This document shows, piece after piece, positions 7,155-16,859 of a DNA stretch of 17,694 nucleotides. Below the pieces are notes generated by a model. The model worked only from the letters and a program-made list of their open reading frames with translations, ran no database searches and was not told the origin of the DNA. Each line of letters begins with the position of its first letter. Positions within the stretch are counted from its first letter, which is position 1. A program made the translations under genes and the position numbers. This DNA is from a candidate division WOR-3 bacterium (GTDB lineage Bacteria > Hydrothermota > Tepidihabitantia > Tepidihabitantales > JAOUPE01), in contig JBDRUX010000048.1 in assembly GCA_039801565.1 (NCBI GenBank), positions 1-17,694 on the forward strand, written 5' to 3'.

Positions 7155-9821
7155 ATGTTAACTCCCAAAAAGTTAACATTTCAGTTGGAATTTATTCTAA
7201 TTCTTTTAACAATTCCAACTACTCTTTTCTGTCAATATGCCCGAGTCTATGGTGGAGCAAATAATGAAAGAGCATACGCCTTAAGCGAAGGGCTAAATCC
7301 AGCGACCGATATCTGGGAATATGTGATTGCCGGTTGGACCCAAAGTTATAATCCAAGACCCTGTCCGTTTGTAATCGGAGTAAGTAGACGCAACGGAGCC
7401 TTTGATTGGGGATTGATTGCCAATGATACTGGTCAATTTTATTCAATCGTAAAGACCGGTGATGGCTATGCGCTAACCGGCTACATTTGTCAATTAGGTC
7501 CAGGCAACACCGGTGCCGATGTCATCGTGGCAAAAGTCAATGCCAACGGTGAGTTCCAATGGGGCAAGATTTATAAAGGACCGGCTGACGATTTTGGTCA
7601 TTCAATCATCAAGACCCAAGATGGTGGTTTTGCGGTCTGTGGTTGGACATATAGTTTTGGCGCCGACCCAAAGCCTAACATTCTGGTCTTGAAATTAGAT
7701 TCGATAGGAACTCTCCAATGGTCAAAAGCTATCTGGTTCACCGGCACGGTCTTGGGAAAAGACCAAGGATTCGGAATCATCGAACTACCTTACTATCCAA
7801 ATTATCCCAATTTGCGTTATGCAATTGTGGGCAGAACCCAAATTCAGGATACTTTCCATTACGATGCCTTTGTTATGACCCTAAACACTTTCGGTAACCC
7901 GATGTGGGTCAAAACATTTCTGGGCAATAAAGATGACGAAGCTTACTCGGTAGTTGTTAGCTATGATACACTCACTATTGCTGGCTGGACCAATAGCGTA
8001 CCTGATACCTTTGCCAATATCTTTTTGGCTAATCTTTTGGCTTATGATGGCTCACCAATTTGGTATTATACTTACGGTCATAGTAACTTTTCCGACAAGG
8101 TAGGTGATGACAACTGTTTGGCTCTTAACACTCCGACAACTTCTTATCCCTATCGTTATCTAATTTCCGGCTGGACCACGCATACTCCTGGTCCGGCAGG
8201 CAGTGCTGATTTTCTTTATCTTGCCGTATTAGCGAATGGCACATTGTATTGGGCAAGACGCCATCCCAGTAGTATCTCCGGTACTCCTCAACAAGATGAA
8301 GGCTATTCAGTTTTACGGAGTTTAGCCGACCGAATTGTGATTACTGGCTGGTCAAACAATGATGCTTTCACTCAAGCTGAGGATTTTCATTTATTGTCAA
8401 CACCGCTTTCTGGTTTCAATCGTGTCTGCACCGCCCGTGATACATTAGTCCGAGATAGCTTTATGACACCAAGCCCAGCTTTGATTGACACCGCTCTATT
8501 TGGAATGAATATTGAAAATTTCACGATGGACAGGGTGACCGTTCCGGTTCGCTCGTTTTGCGCCGGACCGACTGGCGGCACCGGCTGGATTCCCCTGCCC
8601 CCGGGATTTGAATTGAAAGGCACCAAGCCAATTAAATCCGGTGGTTCAATCACCGCAATTGACCATTACCTCTTTGCCCTTACTGGCAATAATACCCGAG
8701 ACCTCCAAAGAATCGTTCTTATTGATGACGAACCGACTTGGAGTATAGTGGATAGCGTTCCTTTGGGTTCAAAGAACAAAAGGGTGAAAAAAGGCGCCTG
8801 TATGATTGATGATGACCCGACCTGGATTTATATCCTCAAAGGTAACGGAACCAATGAGTTCTATCGCTACAATATTCAGGAAAAAGGTTGGGAAGTATTA
8901 GAGGAACCTGGTTTCACCAAAGGCGTTAAGGGTGGATTTATGACCCTGGCTAAAATCGGTGATACAAAATATATCTATGCTGGCAGTGGCTCTAACACCA
9001 ATGAATGGAAGCGGTTCAACCTCTCAACCCTAAAATGGGAGCCCTGTAAGCCGGAGACTCTACCCGGCGGTAAATGGAAGATTGGCAGTTCGATGGCATT
9101 TGGTGATTCCTTCCTTTATCTCTTGCGTGCCAAGACCAATGAATTCTTCCGGTTAAAACTGAGTCCACAACCCGACCCACCTGGTTTTGAAAGAAGAGCT
9201 TCTCTACCTTTGGAAAATCGCGAAGGCAAAAGAAAAAAGGTTAAAGAAGGCGGTTCATTAGTCACAATCATTGACCCAGATCCTCCTCCTACTCCTAAAG
9301 GTGTTGAACCGGTACCTTGGTTTGCCATAAAAGCGGGGAATACCAGAGAATTTTGGCGTTATGACCCGGTTCAAGACCAATGGACTCAATTGGCTGATGT
9401 GCCTTCTAAAAAACCAATAAAAGCTGGTGGCTGTCTAACTTATTCGCGCTGTGATAATGCTATCTACTGTTTAATTGGTAACAACACTAATGAACTTTGG
9501 GCGATTATTGATCCGGACCCGCCTTTAAAAACTTCTCTCATCCCCGAACTTTCTTCTTCGGCAATGGATAGGACACTGCCCAAAGAACTGCAACTCTTCA
9601 ATTTCTCCAATCCGAACCGAGGTGAAATCAAAATTGCCTATAACTTGCCGCAAAAGATAAAAGTATCACTTAAGGTCTATAATATCGCTGGTAAAAAGGT
9701 CTATGAAAATAGCGACGATTGTGGTTTCTTTTTGATTAAAGAACTTCCGGCTGGAATCTATATCTTACGAATCCTGGCTGATGGCTACAAGGCAGAACGG
9801 AAAGTTATCGTAGTGAGATAA
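7155..9821 (+). CDS. Large secreted protein: N-terminal propeller repeats, C-terminal Kelch-like propeller, T9SS type A-like sorting domain
   Basis: AAAGGAGG SD and signal peptide. Repeats D(D/E)xx(Y/H)SxxxxxDxxxxxxGWTxS...W in the first half; KxxKxG(G/A)...GNxTxE(F/W)xR(Y/F)...W repeats in the second; C-terminal NPNRG..IAYNLP...LKVYNIAGKKV...LPAGIYIL...RKVIVVR. Confidence 0.8.
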   Translation: MLTPKKLTFQLEFILILLTIPTTLFCQYARVYGGANNERAYALSEGLNPATDIWEYVIAGWTQSYNPRPCPFVIGVSRRNGAFDWGLIANDTGQFYSIVKTGDGYALTGYICQLGPGNTGADVIVAKVNANGEFQWGKIYKGPADDFGHSIIKTQDGGFAVCGWTYSFGADPKPNILVLKLDSIGTLQWSKAIWFTGTVLGKDQGFGIIELPYYPNYPNLRYAIVGRTQIQDTFHYDAFVMTLNTFGNPMWVKTFLGNKDDEAYSVVVSYDTLTIAGWTNSVPDTFANIFLANLLAYDGSPIWYYTYGHSNFSDKVGDDNCLALNTPTTSYPYRYLISGWTTHTPGPAGSADFLYLAVLANGTLYWARRHPSSISGTPQQDEGYSVLRSLADRIVITGWSNNDAFTQAEDFHLLSTPLSGFNRVCTARDTLVRDSFMTPSPALIDTALFGMNIENFTMDRVTVPVRSFCAGPTGGTGWIPLPPGFELKGTKPIKSGGSITAIDHYLFALTGNNTRDLQRIVLIDDEPTWSIVDSVPLGSKNKRVKKGACMIDDDPTWIYILKGNGTNEFYRYNIQEKGWEVLEEPGFTKGVKGGFMTLAKIGDTKYIYAGSGSNTNEWKRFNLSTLKWEPCKPETLPGGKWKIGSSMAFGDSFLYLLRAKTNEFFRLKLSPQPDPPGFERRASLPLENREGKRKKVKEGGSLVTIIDPDPPPTPKGVEPVPWFAIKAGNTREFWRYDPVQDQWTQLADVPSKKPIKAGGCLTYSRCDNAIYCLIGNNTNELWAIIDPDPPLKTSLIPELSSSAMDRTLPKELQLFNFSNPNRGEIKIAYNLPQKIKVSLKVYNIAGKKVYENSDDCGFFLIKELPAGIYILRILADGYKAERKVIVVR

Positions 9822-9832
9822 CTTAAAAATTT

Positions 9833-9872
9833 ATCAGGGGACTTCAATCTGGTTGGGAAGTCCCCTGATTTT
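9833..9872 (+). terminator. Intrinsic terminator-like hairpin after the 888-aa gene
   Basis: Perfect 13-bp stem ATCAGGGGACTTC (9833-9845)/GAAGTCCCCTGAT (9857-9869) then a short T run, 11 nt after the stop. Confidence 0.75.
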
Positions 9873-10104
9873 AAAAAATGTAGCGTTCAGCTTTAATAGA
9901 AATTATCTTTGTGATTCGACTTTTGGAAATTAAACAACATTAAAGCCCCAAGTGATAAATGGCTGACTAAGATAAGAGCGGTGCGATTTATCACGCCAAC
10001 GATTTGAATGATTGTAATCCCAAAAATCAGTAATCCCAACACAGGTTCTACGGATAAGTGACAAGATGAGGGAACCTCGGAGGTAGCTTATGGAGTAAAG
10101 CCTA

Positions 10105-10295
10105 GGTCAAGTAACAAATTGTCTGCAAATTCATCCTCCAATAGTTGATTTTTCGGTATCGGAAATACCGTTTTTTCGATCCCATTCTTCTAATTCTTTC
10201 ATGTCCAGATAAGAACCCTGACATGCCCATTCCATAGTCTGCTCCATCGCTAATGCCGTCATCAGTCTTAAACATGACCGCGGATTCGGAAAGAA
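10105..10295 (-). mobile_element. IS256-family remnant: transposase C-terminal fragment plus right end
   Basis: Minus-strand frame 10292-10131 reads FPNPRSCLRLMTALAMEQTMEWACQGSYLDMKELEEWDRKNGISDTEKSTIGG*, resembling the IS256 C-terminal FPNxxSxLRLxxAxxxExxxEW...YLDM. The stop is directly followed by ATTTGCAGACAATTTGTTACTTGACC, an IS256-like terminus. Confidence 0.75.
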
Positions 10296-10387
10296 AGGAT
10301 ATAAGATCTATAATCAAGCCATAATAGCCAAGGTATATTACGCGCTAATATAGGATGATGAATAAAGGAAATCGGTTGACTATGGTC

Positions 10388-10415
10388 TTGACAACTCGAA
10401 TTTTCTGATTATCCT
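10388..10415 (+). promoter_or_regulatory. Promoter of the V/A-ATPase cluster, probably leaderless
   Basis: TTGACA (10388-10393), 16 nt, TATCCT (10410-10415), 7 nt, ATG (10423); no SD. Confidence 0.65.
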
Positions 10416-10422
10416 AACAAAT

Positions 10423-10764
10423 ATGGCGACTGACTTCGTTAAAGAGATAAAAGACACCGAAGAAAAAGCGGCGGCAATGATTCGCGCGGCTGAAGAGACC
10501 GGTCGCCAAAATTTATCTTTAGCCGAAATCGAACAAGCGCGTTTGATTAATGAAGCAAGAAATCATGCCGAATCGATTCGCCAAGAAGCAGTTGCAAAAG
10601 CAAAAAGCGAAGCCGAACAATTAAAATCAAAAATTGCGGCTGAGACCGAACAGGCGATTGCCCAACTGAAACAAATCGTCGCCAACCGAATTGAATCGGC
10701 AATAAATTTCATAATTAAGAAAGTTAAAGAAGAATGGGGCTGGCAAGAGTCCAAAAAGTCCTAA
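10423..10764 (+). CDS. V/A-type ATP synthase peripheral stalk subunit H/G (NtpF-like)
   Basis: 113-aa A/E/K-rich coiled coil starting VKEIKDTEEKA and ending AINFIIKKV; first gene before subunit I, overlapping it by 31 nt. Confidence 0.8.
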   Translation: MATDFVKEIKDTEEKAAAMIRAAEETGRQNLSLAEIEQARLINEARNHAESIRQEAVAKAKSEAEQLKSKIAAETEQAIAQLKQIVANRIESAINFIIKKVKEEWGWQESKKS

Positions 10765-12965
10765 TCGCCGTCCATCGGTCCGAACAAGATAGGTTGCTGG
10801 CTTTACTCCAAGACGAAGGAATTCTCCACCTTGTCCAATCCGAAACTATCTCACTTCCCACCGCACCGATAGGAGGTGAAGCATTTTCGGTTGAACAAAT
10901 CGGTGATGCCATCAATTACTTAGAAAGTTTTGAGACCAAAAGGGGCGGGTTATTAAAAGGTTTGGCAGAAAGTAAATTAGTCGTCAACCAAACCGAATTA
11001 GAGAGAATAGTGCTTAGTTATGATGGAGAAAAGAAGATTAAGAAATTAAAAGAATTACGGCAGAAAATTCAGGATATTGAATCAAAAGAGAAGACAATCA
11101 GTGCCGACCTAACCTTGCTTATTCCCTGGCAAAAGTTGGACTACGATTTCAGTGAAATCTATTCTACTCAGTTAATTGAGATGGTACTCGGTCTCTTTCC
11201 GGAAAAAGAAGATTTGACCAAATTCCAAACCGCAATTGCCGAGTTACCAATCCATCTTGAAATTATTAATCAGACCGAACGGATTTATTGTTTAATTGCT
11301 TTTCCGGCGACGATGAGTAACGAGGCGAAGGCGATTTTAATGAGCCATCATTTTGAAATTGTTGATTTCTCCAATCTTAAAGGCAAACCTGAGGTCTTAA
11401 TTCAGCAACTCAAGCGACGCCAAAAGGAGTTAGTTGAGCAACGGACTGAATTGATTGAAGAGAGTAAAAATCTTCTTGCCGAAATACCCAAGTTGAAAAT
11501 TCTTTATGACTATTATCTTAACCTGCATCGCCGTCAAACAATTGGCAAAATTTTACCCGGCACCGACTCGGTGACATTCATTGAAGGTTGGGTGAAGTGG
11601 CAGGACTTAAAACGATTGGAAAAAATCTTAACCCAATCCGAAATTGCCGTGATTGAAAGAATTGAACCTAACCCCGGTGAAGTACCACCGGTCGCACTAC
11701 AAAATCGCAAATTCTTCCGTCCATTCGAAATTGTCCTTGATATGTATGGGATGCCGGCTCATTTTGAAATTGACCCAACTCCGTTATTAACCCCTTGGTT
11801 TTTAATCTTTTTTGCCCTCTGCTTAGCGGATGTTGGTTATGGTATTTTATTAACATTAATCTCATTATTGCTTTTGAAGAAATTTGGTGCTGATAATAAG
11901 TTACTCAAGGTCTTTGCCATCAGCGGTGTCGTGACAATTTTGGCTGGGGCAATTACTGGTGGTTGGTTTGGCAATATTGTTGATAAATTAGGTTTAAGCT
12001 TTTTAGTGACCTTACGCAATCAACTATTGCTCTTTGACCCAATCCAAAACCCAATGCCTTTTTTCTTACTTTCCATTGCCTTGGGTTATCTCCAGATTTT
12101 ATTTGGTATTTTGATTGAGATTTACGATTCATTTCGACAAGACAATGCCGGGGGTGCACTCTTTGAACAATTGCCTTGGTTTTTACTACTAAATTCTATA
12201 GTCGGCATCTTCTTAACGGGAAGGTATATTCCTTTGACCTACAAACCGGCCTTCATCTTCATTAGTTTATTAGCGGGTGCCACGATAATTATCTTCACGC
12301 GGCGAAGCCAGGAAACCATTTTTACCCAGACGCTCTTATTCCTCATCGTCTTTAGTGGTTTATTGACTTTAGCAAGCCAAAAAGGACTCTTACCACCAAT
12401 TTTTCATAACACCCAATACCTTGCTGGCGCCGGGTTCTTAATGTTGGTCGCTTGGACTTTCCAAGAATGGTTTAAGTCTAAGAAAATAACCGGTGTTGTT
12501 ATCTTTTCCCTATTTATCCTGTCGACTCTTTTATATTTTGCTATCCGATTGCCCCTAATAATCCCAATTTTATTAGGGACTTTATTTATCTTTTCTGAAC
12601 CAATGAACCGAAAGAATTTAAAAAAAATAGTTTGGGGATTATACACGCTTTATGGGGCAAGTTCCTATATCGGTTTGATTCTCTCTTATATCCGTTTAAT
12701 GGCGTTAGGAATGAGTGGCGCTGGAATTGCCATGGCAATTAACACCATTGCCTGGATGGTAATTAAAATTCCCGTTCTTGGGATTATTTTAGCAGTAATT
12801 ATTCTTATCTTTGGCCACATTTATAATCTCGGTGTCAATATCTTAGGCGCGTTCGTTCATACACTACGTTTGCAATATGTTGAATTCTTTCCCCGTTTCT
12901 TTACCGGCGGCGGCGTAAGGTTTATGCCGTTTCGCTGGGAAAATAAATATGTGCAAGTTAAATGA
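10734..12965 (+). CDS. ntpI: V/A-type ATP synthase subunit I (a)
   Basis: FIEGWV, PPVALQN...PFE...MYGMP...EIDPTP, ADVGYG, LSYIRLMALG (essential Arg), HTLRLQYVEFF.RFF.GGG..F.PF. Confidence 0.95.
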   Translation: MGLARVQKVLIAVHRSEQDRLLALLQDEGILHLVQSETISLPTAPIGGEAFSVEQIGDAINYLESFETKRGGLLKGLAESKLVVNQTELERIVLSYDGEKKIKKLKELRQKIQDIESKEKTISADLTLLIPWQKLDYDFSEIYSTQLIEMVLGLFPEKEDLTKFQTAIAELPIHLEIINQTERIYCLIAFPATMSNEAKAILMSHHFEIVDFSNLKGKPEVLIQQLKRRQKELVEQRTELIEESKNLLAEIPKLKILYDYYLNLHRRQTIGKILPGTDSVTFIEGWVKWQDLKRLEKILTQSEIAVIERIEPNPGEVPPVALQNRKFFRPFEIVLDMYGMPAHFEIDPTPLLTPWFLIFFALCLADVGYGILLTLISLLLLKKFGADNKLLKVFAISGVVTILAGAITGGWFGNIVDKLGLSFLVTLRNQLLLFDPIQNPMPFFLLSIALGYLQILFGILIEIYDSFRQDNAGGALFEQLPWFLLLNSIVGIFLTGRYIPLTYKPAFIFISLLAGATIIIFTRRSQETIFTQTLLFLIVFSGLLTLASQKGLLPPIFHNTQYLAGAGFLMLVAWTFQEWFKSKKITGVVIFSLFILSTLLYFAIRLPLIIPILLGTLFIFSEPMNRKNLKKIVWGLYTLYGASSYIGLILSYIRLMALGMSGAGIAMAINTIAWMVIKIPVLGIILAVIILIFGHIYNLGVNILGAFVHTLRLQYVEFFPRFFTGGGVRFMPFRWENKYVQVK

Positions 12966-12969
12966 ATAA

Positions 12970-14003
<1,034 letters not shown>

Positions 14004-14301
14004 TATGACATAAACTAGAATAATCATTTATATCGAGGTAAACCTACAGAAAAAAATACGCTCCAGCGCCCGAGCAATTTTAAACAATTACTAAATTGTT
14101 GTTTTATTCTGGTTATTGATTATGATATTAGAATAGAGAAAAATGGTGAAGTAATGAAATGGTTTAGAAGCTTGAAGCATGTATTAAAGTTCAATACTAA
14201 AAAATTTATACCCTGCCCCTTTCCAAAAATAGCTTGGCAAATTCTTATAAATAACTTATTAAAAATAAATGACTTATAAATTTAAATCATTAAATTTTTA
14301 T

Positions 14302-14329
14302 TTGACAATTTCCCTATTTTTAATAAAAT
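14302..14329 (+). promoter_or_regulatory. sigma70-type promoter upstream of the MNT-HEPN pair
   Basis: TTGACA (14302-14307), 16 nt, TAAAAT (14324-14329), with an AT-rich upstream tract. Confidence 0.55.
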
Positions 14330-14514
14330 GGAAGCATAAATTATATGAGTGAGCCAATGTTTTTTATTAAAGATATTCCGATTGGATTGGTCTTCAACCC
14401 AAAAATTTTTAAACTCCAAGAAGGAAAGCATTGTGACTAAAGTAACGAACCGAATGGTCTATAAGACAATAAAAAGAACAGCCCCTCACAACAAGACAAA
14501 AGGAGGTTAATTTT

Positions 14515-14859
14515 ATGACAAATCATAATTTCAAAAAAACTCTAAGAAAAGGAAATGACAGAAAAATCAAAATTTATCTAAATGAATTAAAAAAAGTATT
14601 CGGTAAGGAATTAAAAAAAGCAATCCTTTTTGGCTCAAGAGCACGTGGCGATAATTCCGCTGATTCAGATTATGATTTTTGCCTCATCTTTGACAAGGTG
14701 ACGCCCAAAGTTAAAAAGACTTTAGACAACTTATCAGTCGAAATGCTCTTAAAATATGGTATGATAATCACTGACTTTGCTCTTACCGAAAGGGACCTAG
14801 AACGCAAAAGATTTAATCCGTTGATAATGAATATTCAAAAGGAAGGGATTCCATTGTGA
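14515..14859 (+). CDS. Minimal nucleotidyltransferase (MNT; putative antitoxin)
   Basis: LFGSRARGDNSADSDYD fits GSX10DXD; C-terminal NIQKEGIPL; AGGAGG SD at 14501-14506. Confidence 0.92.
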   Translation: MTNHNFKKTLRKGNDRKIKIYLNELKKVFGKELKKAILFGSRARGDNSADSDYDFCLIFDKVTPKVKKTLDNLSVEMLLKYGMIITDFALTERDLERKRFNPLIMNIQKEGIPL

Positions 14860-15275
14860 ATGAGAGAAAAAAATTAAACAAAACAGTTCAAGCAATCATT
14901 AAAAAAGCCAATCGGATATTAGGAGATGCCAAAATCTTATATTCCGAAAACCGTTTTGAGTCCACTTCTTCCCGGGCTTATTATTCGGTTTTTCATATAA
15001 TGCAAGCCGCACTTTTAACCAAAGGGTTATCTTATTCCAAGCATTCTGGAGTAATTGCTGGCTTTTCTCAACATTTTATAAAAAATGAGATTTTTCCAAA
15101 AGAATTTGCCAATTGGATTAATGAATTACGGGAAGACCGAGAAATTGGTGATTACGATTACGAAATAGAAGTGAGCAAAGCCAAAGCAAAAAGGGACATC
15201 GAAATTGCCGATAAGATTATTAAAGCTGTTGAACGATACATTCAGAGTCATATAAAAGGGGACAAAAGAGGATAA
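14856..15275 (+). CDS. HEPN domain protein (UPF0332-like; putative toxin partner of MNT)
   Basis: SRAYYSVFH..AALL, KHSGVI..F..HF, REIGDY (RX4Y); GTGA overlap with MNT. Confidence 0.9.
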   Translation: MNERKKLNKTVQAIIKKANRILGDAKILYSENRFESTSSRAYYSVFHIMQAALLTKGLSYSKHSGVIAGFSQHFIKNEIFPKEFANWINELREDREIGDYDYEIEVSKAKAKRDIEIADKIIKAVERYIQSHIKGDKRG

Positions 15276-15358
15276 TACAAACTGAAAAGCTGGAGTTATT
15301 GTGGTTAATCTAATACCTAAAACCCAATCCGCCTTGGGCGAATTAAATATTAGAAACA

Positions 15359-15469
15359 GAATGCTTTCTCTTCCACCCATGGTGATACGAGATCTGAGTC
15401 CCAACCAACCTATTGGGAATGGAGAAAGCGGTGGACAGAATCCTTTCCGGATACGAAGCCTAGGAAAGA
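15359..15469 (+). pseudogene. Possible degraded fragment of the recJ N-terminus
   Basis: Frame reads ECFLFHPW*YEI*VPTNLLGMEKAVDRILSGYEA*ER, same spacing as the RecJ pattern FLnPslxdLxDPxlLxgMekAVeRIlxAixxxEk; three in-frame stops. Confidence 0.35.
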
Positions 15470-15554
15470 TGCAGCCCCCTTGTTTCCAATTCTTTGGCGC
15501 CATTAGTTGTTTAATCATATTGAAATTATACTCAAATTCAAAATAGGAGGAAGA

Positions 15555-16859
15555 ATGAAGGATATTGAAAAATTTATCAATTTAATCAACACTTCCAGCC
15601 CACAAAATCCCTACTCCGTTTCGGAGTGGGAAAAATTCCTTGACAATAATCTACCTAACTGGAAATCCATAGTCAAGGACCTAAGCAATTGGCAGTTAAT
15701 TGATGAGGTAAAACCAATAAAAGGCTTCCATGATTTTTTAGAGGCACTAGTAAATAATGTCGGAGTCGAGCTTGCGAACCATTGGTTTAATTCCGACATT
15801 GAAGAACATCGGAAGGTTTCCAGAGAGTGGTTAAAGGAAAAAATGATGACAAACACTCCTACATATAGAGATGAAGAGTGGAATAAACTTAGTGATGATG
15901 CGAAAGAATATGTTATTCACTATTGTTTTGATATATTTCCTGGAGAACCTTTTCACACTTTTACGGCTGAGTTTATTATCAGACATTTGAGTTATCCCCA
16001 TGTCGATTATCCAATTTTCCCAAAAACTGGTTATATTCCATCTCAGCAGGTTTTATACTTACGTTCAGTTATTAAAAAGGCAGGAGACGGAAGATTTTTA
16101 AAGGTAGTTGATAATATGATTAAAGAAAGAAAAGAGGCATTGGGAAAATTTCTTTCTCCATCTCCGATTTCAAGATTTGTTTTTATTCCCACAAGAGATG
16201 AAAAGGAACTTATTGCCCGGGTAATGGATAAATTTAGAAAAAGAGGATATTCCTCTTCTCCGCTACCTGAAATTTATCTTTCTTTTGAACCCCCTCCAGT
16301 TTTTGTCGCTTACCCTGAACTTGAGGATGAATTAAAAGAGATCAAAGAAGAACAAATAGAAAACCCACGCATCCCACGGAATAGAGAAAGAGGAAGACCT
16401 GACACTATTTCAATTGAAGAATTGCTTGGTTGCTATTTGCCGGATTACAAAATCATCATCATTTATCAAAAGGGGTTAAAGTGGGCTTCAAAAAGGTATA
16501 ATTTTAATGAAGAGTTATTGAGAGGAATGGTTCTTATTCATGAAATTGGTCACTGGATAACCCATCTTTTACCAAAACCCAATACGCCTTTCTGGCCAAC
16601 TGAACTTTATAAACTGAGTTCTGAAGAAGTTACGGAGGGATGGGCTCAGCTTATAACCTGGTGGGTTGTAAATGAAGTAGGAGGAGAAATTGAGAAATGT
16701 TTTGAAAATTTAAATAAGAATCAGCCACGACCTTATAGAGTCTATGAAGAATTCAAAAGTGAACCTATAAACTCAGTAATTGATTCACTTGAGATGTTGA
16801 GACAACTTCACTGGCCAGCAGGAATTACTGATTGGAAACGACTAATAAAAAGAGCTTAG
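15555..16859 (+). CDS. Hypothetical protein with C-terminal zincin-like HExxH metallopeptidase motif
   Basis: AGGAGG (15545-15550) before ATG 15555. LLGCY...IIIY...VLIHEIGHWITH...EEVTEGWAQ gives HExxH plus a downstream candidate Glu ligand; no signal peptide; N-terminal half unrecognised. Confidence 0.75.
   Translation: MKDIEKFINLINTSSPQNPYSVSEWEKFLDNNLPNWKSIVKDLSNWQLIDEVKPIKGFHDFLEALVNNVGVELANHWFNSDIEEHRKVSREWLKEKMMTNTPTYRDEEWNKLSDDAKEYVIHYCFDIFPGEPFHTFTAEFIIRHLSYPHVDYPIFPKTGYIPSQQVLYLRSVIKKAGDGRFLKVVDNMIKERKEALGKFLSPSPISRFVFIPTRDEKELIARVMDKFRKRGYSSSPLPEIYLSFEPPPVFVAYPELEDELKEIKEEQIENPRIPRNRERGRPDTISIEELLGCYLPDYKIIIIYQKGLKWASKRYNFNEELLRGMVLIHEIGHWITHLLPKPNTPFWPTELYKLSSEEVTEGWAQLITWWVVNEVGGEIEKCFENLNKNQPRPYRVYEEFKSEPINSVIDSLEMLRQLHWPAGITDWKRLIKRA

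Noticed and set aside
10102..10317. 71-aa ORF from the track as a real gene
   Set aside because: It overlaps, in another frame, the IS256 transposase fragment, which explains the sequence better.
14019..14279. Start-less open frame after subunit E as a subunit C remnant
   Set aside because: Translation (NNHLYRGKPTEKNTLQRP...) shows no subunit C features such as the N-terminal Y...RIR motif.
14345..14440. 31-aa ORF MSEPMFFIKDIPIGLVFNPKIFKLQEGKHCD after the promoter at 14302
   Set aside because: No SD and no recognisable motif; cannot be supported from sequence alone.
15126..15546. ORFs 15301..15546 (+) and 15126..15518 (-)
   Set aside because: No recognisable motif; the minus ORF overlaps HEPN antisense; a different frame holds the RecJ-like relic.
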